NCBI GenBank assembly: GCA_964600395.1
Contig: CAZRLR010000002.1
Span: 1-54,733, forward strand
Length of the DNA: 54,733 nucleotides
Direction: 5' to 3'
Origin: an uncultured Conexibacter sp.
Lineage (GTDB): Bacteria; Actinomycetota; Thermoleophilia; Solirubrobacterales; Solirubrobacteraceae
Of this stretch, positions 39,990-48,853 are shown piece by piece. The notes beneath the pieces were generated by a model. The model had not been told where the DNA came from. It saw only the letters and a program-made list of their open reading frames with translations, and ran no database searches. Each line of letters begins with the position of its first letter. Positions within the stretch are counted from its first letter, which is position 1. Both the position numbers and the translations under genes were made by a program.

Positions 39990-40141
39990 GACGCCTTGGC
40001 TACGCCTTCCTCCTGCTCGGGCTCGGGCTCGTGGCGGCGCACGCGGTTGGCGGGGCGATCGACGCGCGGACGCGGGAGGCGTACGTGATTTGTCTCGACG
40101 AGTTGCAGAGATGCGAAGACGCGGGGAGGGGGAGGCCGTGA
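39986..40141 (+). CDS. Small membrane/secreted protein
   Basis: RRLGYAFLLLGLGLVAAHA; coupled. Confidence 0.55.
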   Translation: MRRLGYAFLLLGLGLVAAHAVGGAIDARTREAYVICLDELQRCEDAGRGRP

Positions 40142-40677
40142 CCACGAAGACGCTCCGCGAGATTGCGGCGGAAGGGGTGGCGCTGGCGGAGAAGGCGACG
40201 CCGGGGCCGTGGTCCACCGCCAACCCAGACGACCAGTCGAGCATGAACATGGTTCTCGTGCAGACGGGCGCCGCGGACGTCGAGGCGGATCCGGCGTGGA
40301 AGGCGGAGGACTGCGGTCGCGTCGTTGCGATCACGCTGCTGCAAGATCCGCGGTACGCCGATCACGATTCGGAGCTATGGGATGAGAACGCCGCCATGAT
40401 CGCCCACGCCGGCACGCACTACGGCGCCATCTGCGCGGCGCTGATCGAAGCGGAGGCGCTGCTGCGCGAGGCGCGGCCGTGGGTCGAGCCGTGCGTGTGC
40501 ACCGGGGCGCATGCCGACGAGCAGATCGTGGCCCTCCTCGCCCGCATCGACGCCTTCCTCGGAGGTGCCCCGCCTGTGTCGGTGCCGCGCGATGCGTTCT
40601 CCGATGGCGAGCCGGCGAGCGTGGACTTCGGCGCGATCTTGCGCGACCTCGGGCCGAAGCGGAAGGGAGGCGCCTGA
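40138..40677 (+). CDS. Ead/Ea22-like phage protein
   Basis: LAEKATPGPW ... ENAAMIAHA ... ALIEAE motif. Confidence 0.7.
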   Translation: MTTKTLREIAAEGVALAEKATPGPWSTANPDDQSSMNMVLVQTGAADVEADPAWKAEDCGRVVAITLLQDPRYADHDSELWDENAAMIAHAGTHYGAICAALIEAEALLREARPWVEPCVCTGAHADEQIVALLARIDAFLGGAPPVSVPRDAFSDGEPASVDFGAILRDLGPKRKGGA

Positions 40678-40931
40678 TGGCAACCCCTCACGCCGGCTAC
40701 CACGTGACGACGCCGCGCAAGCTCGCGCGCTACCGCGAGACGGGCGCGATCTTGCCGCCGGTGCGCTACTGGCGGAGCGAGCACGCCGCGCGTGACTGGA
40801 TGCGGCGCGTTTCGCGCTCGGTCGTGGTGCGCTTTGACGTGACCGGCGAGGCACACCCGTTGCCGGATCACAGGCCGCGCGGGATGGCGTGGTGGACTCC
40901 GGATTTAGTGCGCGCTTGGGAGGTGCTCTGA
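40677..40931 (+). CDS. Small hypothetical protein (YHVT motif)
   Basis: TGATG coupling; GYHVTT...GAILPPVR. Confidence 0.6.
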   Translation: MATPHAGYHVTTPRKLARYRETGAILPPVRYWRSEHAARDWMRRVSRSVVVRFDVTGEAHPLPDHRPRGMAWWTPDLVRAWEVL

Positions 40932-42301
40932 TGGCAGCCGTCGGATTTACCGACCAGGACCGCCGCACGTTGGCCGACACGCGCACGGCCGTCGCGTCCG
41001 TGCTCGCCACCCAGGCGAGCGACCGAGTGGACGGCGCCGAGGCGCTGCTCCGTCTCGAGGGCGTGGTCCGCGAGGAGACGCAGGCTGTCGCGGCGACCGT
41101 GGGCGAGGTGGGGCGCGCGCTCGACGAGCGGCTCGGTGATCTCGCCAGCGCGACCGAGAACCAGGGCCGGCTCCTCGGCATCGTGGCCAGCGATGTGCTC
41201 GCGAGCGCGAAGACGGTCGGCACCGTTGCCGAGCGCGTGGCTGTGATCCGCGAGGACCAGCACGAGCACGAGTCGCGGCTCTACCGGATCGAGCAGGACG
41301 TGCACGCGATCCTCGCGCGGCTGCCGGGGGCGGGGGCGGCGCGTCTCGCCGAAGTCGTCGCCGCGGCCGAGCAGTGGTGGGCCGCGGACGAGCAGCACTT
41401 TCGCCAGGTCGCGAGCAACGCGAAGCCGACCGGCGACCCGAACGTCACGGGCGCGTACATGACGAGCTACCCCGTCGAGGCGTGCGTCAACCTCTACCGC
41501 GCGACGGGTGAAAACGCGTGGCTCGGCCGGGCGACGGCGCTCATCGATGCGTCACTCGCGCAGCTCGTCGTCAGGGACGGCATCTCGGTCTGGGTCCGCC
41601 CGAGCGGCCAGTGGCAATGGTGGGAGCAAGCGCATGCGCTCCGTGCCTACGTGGACGCGGTGCCCGACGATGCACCGCTGGTGCTCGGGGCCGAGGAGAC
41701 CTTCCGCTCCCTCCTCGCGCGCCCCGGGGGCGACCAGCCGAGCGTGCGCGAGTGGTGCCTCTGGCGCGCGTCGTCGGGACTCTACGAGGGGCCCGTCCAG
41801 CAGGCGGCCCGGATGGCGCTCGCGCTCGCGCGGGCCGGGCGGTCCGTGGACGAGTGGCAGGCGTTCGCCGACGAGCTGCACGAGCGCTTCTCGACGGCTT
41901 GCGTCTGGGTGCCGGGCGGGCGGCTCGTCTACAAGACGCCGGGGGCGGACGACGCGGCGCCGGTCTACTTCGACACGGGGCACGCCGGTCGTGTCGCCGC
42001 GTGGCTCGTCGAGCAGGAGTCGGCGCTCGTCACGTGCGCGGTCGCGTCGCTGCTGGAGATCGTGGGCGATGCGGAGCCGCTCTCGTTCGCCTACCGGATC
42101 GATGGCTCGGGGCCGCGCACTGGCACCGTCTGGGACGGATGGCCTGCGCTGGCGACGGTGACGGACCAATCGCTCGCGCTCGTCGGCCGCATCTTCGACA
42201 CGATCCGCGACGGCTCGGGGACGCAGCACTTCCGCGACACGCACGGGACGACGCACGCGCGGCTCAGCGTGGCGGCGTGGCTCGCGCGGGGGCTGAGGTG
42301 A
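40931..42301 (+). CDS. Coiled-coil plus Trp-rich helical-barrel-like protein
   Basis: Heptad N-terminus; LYRATGENAWLGRA motif typical of six-hairpin glycosidase-like folds; DTGHA. Confidence 0.5.
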   Translation: MAAVGFTDQDRRTLADTRTAVASVLATQASDRVDGAEALLRLEGVVREETQAVAATVGEVGRALDERLGDLASATENQGRLLGIVASDVLASAKTVGTVAERVAVIREDQHEHESRLYRIEQDVHAILARLPGAGAARLAEVVAAAEQWWAADEQHFRQVASNAKPTGDPNVTGAYMTSYPVEACVNLYRATGENAWLGRATALIDASLAQLVVRDGISVWVRPSGQWQWWEQAHALRAYVDAVPDDAPLVLGAEETFRSLLARPGGDQPSVREWCLWRASSGLYEGPVQQAARMALALARAGRSVDEWQAFADELHERFSTACVWVPGGRLVYKTPGADDAAPVYFDTGHAGRVAAWLVEQESALVTCAVASLLEIVGDAEPLSFAYRIDGSGPRTGTVWDGWPALATVTDQSLALVGRIFDTIRDGSGTQHFRDTHGTTHARLSVAAWLARGLR

Positions 42302-42327
42302 GACGCCCCGCCTGAGAGAATCCTCCC

Positions 42328-42561
42328 ATGCCCTGCCCCTCCTGCTCGACGCCGCGCCCCTTCGCCGCAGCCGCGGCCCAGCGATTCGTCTGCGAGTCGT
42401 GCGGCGGTCCGCTCTGGATCGCGGATGGGCGGCGGAGCGAGTGCATGCCCGAGGACCTCGACGCGCGCGGGGACGTGCGGCTGAGCACGGCCGAGTGGTT
42501 CGTGGCCGCGGCGGTGCTCGGGCTGATCGGGGCGACGGTGCTCGCGTGGGGCGCGTGGTGA
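42328..42561 (+). CDS. Zinc-ribbon plus C-terminal TM protein
   Basis: CPSC..CESC; hydrophobic C-terminus. Confidence 0.6.
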   Translation: MPCPSCSTPRPFAAAAAQRFVCESCGGPLWIADGRRSECMPEDLDARGDVRLSTAEWFVAAAVLGLIGATVLAWGAW

Positions 42562-42968
42562 GCGTCACCCCGCACCCAGATCGCTCGCCGTGGCTCTCGG
42601 GCTACGCGTGCCGCGTCGTCGCCGCGTGCTTCGGCGATCGGCACATCGCCGACTTCTGGGACCTCGACGACGAGCAGCGCCTCGCGGCGTACCTGCTCTG
42701 GTCCGCGGTCCGGACCTCGTGCGGGATCGTGGCCGAGTACACGGCGCCGGGGTCGAGGTCGATCCTGATCGAGATCGAGCGCCGGTGGATCGCTCGGGAC
42801 GTGATCACGTGTGACGCCGAGCGCGGGGTGAGCTTCGGCTGGTGCTGCTTGGTGCTCGACGTGGACGCGGACGCGGTGCGCGCCGAGGTCGAGCGCGTGC
42901 GGGCGCTGCCGCGGGAGCCGAGACGGCCGAGCTTCGGGCCGCCGGTCCGAGCGGAGGCGGTGGCGTGA
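42558..42968 (+). CDS. Hypothetical protein
   Basis: Coupled; SFGWCCLVLDVDADAVR. Confidence 0.6.
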   Translation: MSVTPHPDRSPWLSGYACRVVAACFGDRHIADFWDLDDEQRLAAYLLWSAVRTSCGIVAEYTAPGSRSILIEIERRWIARDVITCDAERGVSFGWCCLVLDVDADAVRAEVERVRALPREPRRPSFGPPVRAEAVA

Positions 42969-43210
42969 AGCCCGCGCGCCTGATCGGCGGCCCGCTCTCG
43001 GGCAGCGAGCACGCGATCCCGCGCGGCGCTCGCGCGTTCGAGTGCCAGGGCGGGGACGGGCGCCTGCACGTGTACCACCTCGTGCGCGGCGAGTGGCTCT
43101 ACACGCGCAGCTACACGCCGCAGGCCGAGCCGTCGGCGGATTGGGTGCGGCGCAGCGCGGCCGCGCGGAAGCGCGGGACGGCGGCGCGGCATCTGCGGGT
43201 GGTCGGGTGA
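42965..43210 (+). CDS. Hypothetical protein (LIGGP motif)
   Basis: GTGA coupling. Confidence 0.55.
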   Translation: MKPARLIGGPLSGSEHAIPRGARAFECQGGDGRLHVYHLVRGEWLYTRSYTPQAEPSADWVRRSAAARKRGTAARHLRVVG

Positions 43211-43422
43211 GCGGCTGTCCCTACTGCGAGCGCGACCGGTGCGTGTGCGAGTCGCCACCGCTCACCTCCCCCGGCCTCTACTCGGCCGAGGTCGAGCGCA
43301 CGGTGATCAGGCGCCCGGGCGTGCGCGTCGAGGTGGAGGTCGAGCGCGGGGCCGAGCTCGGCGACGTCCGCGACGCCGTGCGGGCGGCGCTCGACCTGGC
43401 GCTCAGGACGAGGACCGCGTGA
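43207..43422 (+). CDS. Small CxxC hypothetical protein
   Basis: GTGA coupling; CPYC..CVC. Confidence 0.5.
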   Translation: MSGCPYCERDRCVCESPPLTSPGLYSAEVERTVIRRPGVRVEVEVERGAELGDVRDAVRAALDLALRTRTA

Positions 43423-43534
43423 CGCCAGCCGAGACGGCCGCCTACTGGCGCGAGCTCTACGGGCTCTCGGCAGAGTGGGAGGCGCGGCTCAGGGCCGCGC
43501 TCGAGAGGACGGCCGCGGCCGTCGAGGAGGCACC

Positions 43535-44260
43535 ATGACGGACGAGCTGAGACGCCTGCCCGGTCGGCGCGAGTACGTGCTCGCGAGGCCCGAGCGGTAC
43601 GCGGGGACGGTCGCGCTCGTCTTCGGCGGTGGCGGGTGGAGCACCGAGCGCACGCGCGCGGAGACGCGGCTCGACGCGCTGCTCGGGCCCGCCGGGGTGG
43701 CGGTCGCGTGGGGCGTGACGGCGCGGACGCCGATCGGGATCGAGATGCTCTCGTGGGGTGCCGGAGCGGGCTGTTGTGGGCGCGCGGGCGCCGAGGGCGT
43801 GGATGACGTCGCCTACTCGGCCGACGTGCTGGCGGACGCCACAGCGGCTCTGGGCGGGGTCGAGAGGGCGGTCGCGATCGGCGCCTCGAACGGCGCGATC
43901 CTGGCCTACTCAGTCGCCGCGGCCGGGCTCGTGGACGGCGTCGGGATCGTGGCCGGCTGCCGGCTGCACCCGCTACCGGCGGGCGTGCGCGTGGTGCACG
44001 TCCACGGCGACGCCGACACGCTGGTCCCGTGGTCGGGCGGCCTCGTGCGCGAGGGCGGCGGGTACGCGTGCCGGCCTACGCTGACCGAGGTCGGCGAGAT
44101 CGCGGGCGGGGCGCAGGTCGCCGACGAACGGCGAGGGGCGCAGGTCTGGACCTATCGCTGGGACGGCGGGCGCGTCACGCTCCACCGGCGCCGCGGGGGC
44201 GGGCACGTGTGGTCGAGCGACGCGAGCGGGCTGATCGTCGCAGGGCTGGGGCTGGTGTAG
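43535..44260 (+). CDS. Alpha/beta hydrolase, PHB-depolymerase/LpqC-like esterase
   Basis: W.AG.GCC...VDDVAY, nucleophile GASNG, HGDADTLVP, GGGHVW. Confidence 0.82.
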   Translation: MTDELRRLPGRREYVLARPERYAGTVALVFGGGGWSTERTRAETRLDALLGPAGVAVAWGVTARTPIGIEMLSWGAGAGCCGRAGAEGVDDVAYSADVLADATAALGGVERAVAIGASNGAILAYSVAAAGLVDGVGIVAGCRLHPLPAGVRVVHVHGDADTLVPWSGGLVREGGGYACRPTLTEVGEIAGGAQVADERRGAQVWTYRWDGGRVTLHRRRGGGHVWSSDASGLIVAGLGLV

Positions 44261-44455
44261 CTACTCGCGCTCGCGCCTGAGTACTCGCCGCGCCTCGCGC
44301 ACGAGAGCCGCGCGCGCCCAGGCGGTCGGCTCGCTGCCCTCGATCCGCGCCGCGTCCGAGATCAGCGCGCGCTCCTCGTCGAGCAGCCGCACGCCTAGCT
44401 GGGCCGTGCGGACGCGTGTCTCGGTGCCGCGGCGCGGTGTCGTCTGTCCTGCCAT
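44261..44455 (-). CDS. Ribbon-helix-helix DNA-binding protein
   Basis: AGGAGG RBS; RTAQLGVRLLDEERALISDAARIEG..PTAWARAAL. Confidence 0.72.
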   Translation of the reverse strand: MAGQTTPRRGTETRVRTAQLGVRLLDEERALISDAARIEGSEPTAWARAALVREARRVLRRERE

Positions 44456-44741
44456 CGCTACCTCCTGACCGCCACGCACACCGGCAGTTCGCCAGCCGGG
44501 CTCGCTGGCTCAAGAACGAACCTCACCCCACCGTACGCGCGACCGGCGCGCCACACCTCGCGCTGGTCATCGCGGCCATCCTCGGAGGTGGGGCGCCTGG
44601 TTGCGTGATCGCTCGCCTCGCAGAGCCACGAGAGGCACGTCTCGTAGTCGAGCGCCGCCGGTCCGTTGCGTGTCCGTGCCGCGAGGTCAGAGGCGAATGA
44701 CCGGACGACCGTCGGCGGGAAGAAGAAGCGGCCACGGGCGC

Positions 44742-45371
44742 TCACTCGTCCGGCTCCCACGCTTCGGAGAACGACCGGTCAGCGAACAGCTCCGCGAGGC
44801 CGGAGATCTGCTTGAGTCGGAGGACCTCGTCGGGCTCCATCCCTAGCTCTCGCCCGATCTTCGCGTCGGACCAATTCCGCCTCGCGAGGTCGCGCACGAT
44901 GTCGCTCATGCCGTCTACGCGATGCCGACCGCGCGCGCGATTGTGGCGGATCGTCGAGGCCATGCGGTCGCCGCGGTCCGTGCGACTCGCGTCCACGGTC
45001 GTCACGGGCAGGTAGCCGAGCGTCGTCGCGCGCACGACGTCGCTGCGCCGGCCGACCTCGCCGCGGTGGAAGCCGTCCACGGTCTCGCGGCGCGCGCCCT
45101 CTGACCACGTCACGACCGGCTGCGTGTATCCGTCCGCTTCGATCGAGTGCTCGAGGAGCACCATCTCGGGCGGCGCGACGGTGTTGGGGTTGTAGTCGTT
45201 CGCCGCGACCGACTCCGCCGGAACCCACAGCACGAGGTCTACCGGATGCGCGCGGAGCGGCGATACGTCATGCAGCTTCCTTCGCACGGTGTTGAGAGCT
45301 TCGACGCGATCGTCATCGGGTAGCGCAGCGATGGCCGCGCAGAGCTTGTCAGTGAGATCAGAAAACGACAC
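44742..45371 (-). CDS. ibrB: IbrB/YbdM-like ParB/sulfiredoxin-domain protein
   Basis: ANDYNPNTVAPPEM..L..SI..DGYTQPVV, VDGFHR, STIRHNRARG.H, LGMEPDEVLRLKQISGL. Confidence 0.88.
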   Translation of the reverse strand: MSFSDLTDKLCAAIAALPDDDRVEALNTVRRKLHDVSPLRAHPVDLVLWVPAESVAANDYNPNTVAPPEMVLLEHSIEADGYTQPVVTWSEGARRETVDGFHRGEVGRRSDVVRATTLGYLPVTTVDASRTDRGDRMASTIRHNRARGRHRVDGMSDIVRDLARRNWSDAKIGRELGMEPDEVLRLKQISGLAELFADRSFSEAWEPDE

Positions 45372-46890
45372 GCGACCCTCCTTCGCCAACGAGCGTAGAG
45401 ACTCGCTTTCCGCGCTCGCGCTTCGGAGACTGGGTGTACTTCTCGGCGCGGAACTCGGCTTCGGATTTCTTGAGTCGGTTGATCGCGCGGGTTGCGTCGC
45501 GCCGCGTTGCCTGCCGGCGCACGTCGTCGTAGCCAGTCATCTTCGCGAGCACGTCCCACGCGTGGTCAGGTGTCGAGCCGCCAACTTGAGCGGCGAGAAG
45601 GGCGAGCTGTTTTGCGCTCGGGCCATCGCCGCGCGGGCCGCATTCGTGCTCCCACTGCGCGCCAGGCCCGTACTCAACGCCCCACTCGGAGCGACGCTTT
45701 TTCATGATCGAGGCGTAGCGGGTGTACGACGCTGCATCCTTGTGCTGCGTGAAGCTCAGCCCCTTGCACCAGTAATCGTTGCGGAGCAGGGCCTTGCAGA
45801 CGCGCCGCCAACTCGGCGTGCGACGGTCCGCCTCCTCTTTAGCCTCGGCCTCGTCGGGAATCCCACGCTCGAATCCGCGACACGCCCACCAGCGCAGGAA
45901 CACGGAGATTTTGTCGCGGTAGTGGCGCTCGGTCGGGCCGGGCATCGAGCGCAGCAGCAGGCCCGCGAAGCTCTCCCACGTATGCCCCTCGGGGCGCGTC
46001 ACCTTCTGGTTCCCGAGGATGTTGCCGGCCTCGCCGGCATAGAGCGCGCCTTGATTCGCGCCGTTCACGCGCGCCACTACGCGGCCCCACGTTTCGGGCT
46101 CGAGGAGGTGAAAGAGCCACAGTCCGCGCCGCTGGTCGTCGCCGTACGGCTGACAGATTCTGGCCTGATGGATCGTGAGTCCGGCGCGGTGCATCAGGTC
46201 GTAGATCTCGTTTAGCGGCACATCGGGGAAGCGCGCATGAAACGTCCAAATGTCCTCGGTCTGCCAGTCGTAGAGCGGATATGCGTTCCAGACGTGCGCG
46301 CCTTTCCGCGTCGACCACGGCCACCCGTTGACGCGCGCCTTCGTGGTGCTCACGATCGAGCGCCATCGATTCAAACTCTCCTGCGTTCGGATTCCGACGA
46401 AGCACACCGTCGGGCGGCCGGCCGCGTACCACTCCGCGAAGCGCGGCACGAAGTCCTCGAACTCCATCCCGCGAGAGAACCACGCCCAGCGGCTCTCGTC
46501 CGTGATCGCCAGCGATGGCGGCCGACGGACCCACGAATCCGTCCGCTCCGGGTCCCAGCAGAGCCACTTCGGCTCATACTGCGAAACGGCGTTCCGCAGC
46601 GCGAGAGGGAGCGCGACCCAATACGGCTCGATCGTGTCGGCGTAACGCGCGAAGCACCTCTCGGCGTGCTCGATCGTGTGGCGGTACTGCGCCTCTAGGT
46701 CGACGAGGAGGACGCCGACATTTCGGCCGCGGCGCTGCGCCTCCTCGGCGACGAGGTGCAGCAGGACGGTCGAGTCCTTGCCGGCCGAGAACGATACGTA
46801 GGCCCGCTCCGTAGCGTCGAGCGCCGCGGAGATCCGCCGGCGAGCGGCCGATAGAACGTCGACTCCGAGTCCCCGCCGATGCGTAGTCAC
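45358..46890 (-). CDS. ibrA: IbrA/YbdN-like PAPS-reductase (PP-loop) + DUF3440 protein with extra C-terminal domain
   Basis: VSFSAGKDS, GIRTQESLNRW, YPLYDWQTEDIW, RICQPYGDDQRRGL, PSWRRVCKALLRNDYWCKGLSF. Confidence 0.88.
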   Translation of the reverse strand: MTTHRRGLGVDVLSAARRRISAALDATERAYVSFSAGKDSTVLLHLVAEEAQRRGRNVGVLLVDLEAQYRHTIEHAERCFARYADTIEPYWVALPLALRNAVSQYEPKWLCWDPERTDSWVRRPPSLAITDESRWAWFSRGMEFEDFVPRFAEWYAAGRPTVCFVGIRTQESLNRWRSIVSTTKARVNGWPWSTRKGAHVWNAYPLYDWQTEDIWTFHARFPDVPLNEIYDLMHRAGLTIHQARICQPYGDDQRRGLWLFHLLEPETWGRVVARVNGANQGALYAGEAGNILGNQKVTRPEGHTWESFAGLLLRSMPGPTERHYRDKISVFLRWWACRGFERGIPDEAEAKEEADRRTPSWRRVCKALLRNDYWCKGLSFTQHKDAASYTRYASIMKKRRSEWGVEYGPGAQWEHECGPRGDGPSAKQLALLAAQVGGSTPDHAWDVLAKMTGYDDVRRQATRRDATRAINRLKKSEAEFRAEKYTQSPKRERGKRVSTLVGEGGSRVVF

Positions 46891-47681
46891 GGGTGATAGA
46901 CCGCGTCGTGCGAGCGCTGCATCGCGGCGAGCGCTGCGGCGTTGGCCGGGCGATCGAAGATCATCGTGCCGTACGCCTCGTGGAGCGCCTCGTGGATGCG
47001 CTCGCCGTCGATCCGCAGGCATCCAGGGCGGGCGCCCGATTCGGCGTAGAGCGCCACGGTGCCGGCGTCGATCTCGGCCAGGTACGCGGCCTCGGCCTTG
47101 CGCCGGATCTCGGACCTCTCCGCCCGCTCGCGCTGGCGGTGCGCCACGCCTGCGGCGAGCCATCGGGCGTGGCGGCCGATCTGGGGCTCGGCGGCGACGC
47201 GCACCGACCTGAGCCAGAGCGACCACGCGGCGACCACGAGCGGGTCGCATCCGTGATCCTCGGCCGCGCGGATGGCGAGTTGACGATCGACGTCCCCGGG
47301 CACGGCGATCCACGGCGCATGCACTGTTGCCGTGCAGGACGGCGCCCACGTGGTCGCGTTCGTCGTCGTGCTCTCGTGCGCGATCGCGCTGGCCGTGGCG
47401 CGCGGGTAGCCGCGCTGCATCAGGTCGCGCACGGCTACCGCGTAGAGCTGCCAGCCCGCGTGATTGCCACCACTACGGCGGTCGGCTGACCAGTCCATCC
47501 AGGCCCCGGATGGGCAGGTCGCTGGGCGCCCGGAGTCGATTCCGAGCCGGGGCAGGAAGCGCTCCGGGCGCATCGCCTCGCACACGGCCCGGCGCATCTC
47601 GCGCTTACGGGCGGCTGCCGTGAGGCGGCCGGGATTGAGGGTGCGGGCGACGCGGTACAGCGCCAGGGCTCGCGCATGCAT
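46887..47681 (-). CDS. Hypothetical protein coupled to ibrA
   Basis: GAGGGGG RBS; GTGA overlap with the ibrA start. Confidence 0.65.
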   Translation of the reverse strand: MHARALALYRVARTLNPGRLTAAARKREMRRAVCEAMRPERFLPRLGIDSGRPATCPSGAWMDWSADRRSGGNHAGWQLYAVAVRDLMQRGYPRATASAIAHESTTTNATTWAPSCTATVHAPWIAVPGDVDRQLAIRAAEDHGCDPLVVAAWSLWLRSVRVAAEPQIGRHARWLAAGVAHRQRERAERSEIRRKAEAAYLAEIDAGTVALYAESGARPGCLRIDGERIHEALHEAYGTMIFDRPANAAALAAMQRSHDAVYHP

Positions 47682-47698
47682 GGTCGTATCCCCCCTCG

Positions 47699-47959
47699 TC
47701 ACGAGGCGCAGTCGTAGCACCGGCACGACGGGCGGTCCGTGCAGTAGCTGCTGTAGCCGGGCACTCGGGCAGCCTGACCGGCGCCGGACCGGCGGGTGGA
47801 GCGGAAGGCGCCCCGATGGGCCGCCTTCGCGACAGCGGTCACCGGGCCGCACGTGACGTGCCGGGCGGCCGACCCGCGCGACCACTCGACCTGCGATCCG
47901 ACCGCGATGCGTACGTGGCAGGCGGGGCACTCTGAGGCGTACTTGGCGGTGATCTTCAT
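47699..47959 (-). CDS. Cys-rich zinc-binding protein
   Basis: AKY.SECPAC...G....W....H..C plus C-terminal C....CRCYDC; AAGGA RBS. An alternative leaderless start lies at 48016. Confidence 0.7.
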   Translation of the reverse strand: MKITAKYASECPACHVRIAVGSQVEWSRGSAARHVTCGPVTAVAKAAHRGAFRSTRRSGAGQAARVPGYSSYCTDRPSCRCYDCAS

Positions 47960-48016
47960 GGCGATTCCTTTAATGGGGCCGCGCTCTCGCGCGGGAGGCC
48001 GCACTGTCGCGTCCAT

Positions 48017-48052
48017 GACTGATAGTCTATGCTATCCGCGCGCCGCCGTCAA
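48017..48052 (-). promoter_or_regulatory. Sigma70-type promoter with overlapping operator for the leftward ibrAB operon
   Basis: TTGACG-N17-TAGACT on the - strand; palindrome GATAG-N6-CTATC at 48021..48036. Confidence 0.72.
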
Positions 48053-48358
48053 CCACCACGAAACACCGCCAAATCCGCCGGGCCCGTCACCTCCAGGTGG
48101 CGCGAATCCTCACCCGGTGCGACTCGGCGGCGCGGGCTCGTCGCGCGGATGGCGCGGATGAGGCTGCGGACTGCCCGGCGGACGACGTGCGGCCACGAAT
48201 CGTCGTATTGTCCATTGTCTCCATCTCCTGCCCGTGCGTCCTCTCGTCGGCGCCCCGTGAGGCGCCGGGAGAGGCCGCTCAGACGACGCGGAAGACGCGC
48301 GCGAGCGCCAGCGCCACAGTCAGCCGATCGACATCGGTGCGCAGCTCGTCTTCGATGC

Positions 48359-48580
48359 TCACGACTTCCTCCGCAGGCGCGCAGCGCGACGGCGGGCTTC
48401 GTACGGGATGGTGTGGGCGAGGGGCCCGTCGAACTCGCGCTTTGGTGAGTCCGCCCACTGCGCCAGCGATTCGAGCGCCTCGGCTTCGGCGAGACGGAGG
48501 TGGCGCTCGGCGTCCGCGATGCGGCTCGGGGTGCTGACGGCTACCAGGTCGCGCAGTAGCGTTTCCGCTCTCTTCGTCAC
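48359..48580 (-). CDS. Hypothetical protein
   Basis: GAGG RBS before the GTG. Confidence 0.5.
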   Translation of the reverse strand: MTKRAETLLRDLVAVSTPSRIADAERHLRLAEAEALESLAQWADSPKREFDGPLAHTIPYEARRRAARLRRKS

Positions 48581-48853
48581 GTCCTCTTCCTCTTCCGTGT
48601 GGCCAGGGCGCGGATCTCTCGCGCGATGGCGTTCGCCGCAATCCGACCGTGGATCTCGTCCTGACACGACGAGTAGTCGTTCGCGATCTTCTTCGCAACC
48701 TGCGCCGCCTCCTCGATCGCCACCGCCCGCGCCTCTTGTGCGCGAGCCTCGGCGGCGGCGATCCGATCCTGCGCATCGCGCCCGACCTCGTGCGCCAGCG
48801 ATTCGGACGATCCGAGCGAGACGATTCGAGCTTTGGCGACGACGCGCGCTCAC
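48577..48853 (-). pseudogene. Start-less or frameshifted phage ORF (..AIEEAAQVA...IAREIRALA)
   Basis: A protein-like frame runs directly after the DUF2303 stop; the GTGA-coupled start is out of frame. Confidence 0.45.

Noticed and set aside
40677-40931. YHVT protein as an ADP-ribosyltransferase toxin
   Set aside because: Only the first-strand His motif is visible in an 84-aa protein; there is not enough evidence without a structure search.
44742-45371. ParB-like gene as a plasmid partition system
   Set aside because: The motifs match the IbrB subfamily coupled to IbrA; no ParA or parS array is seen.
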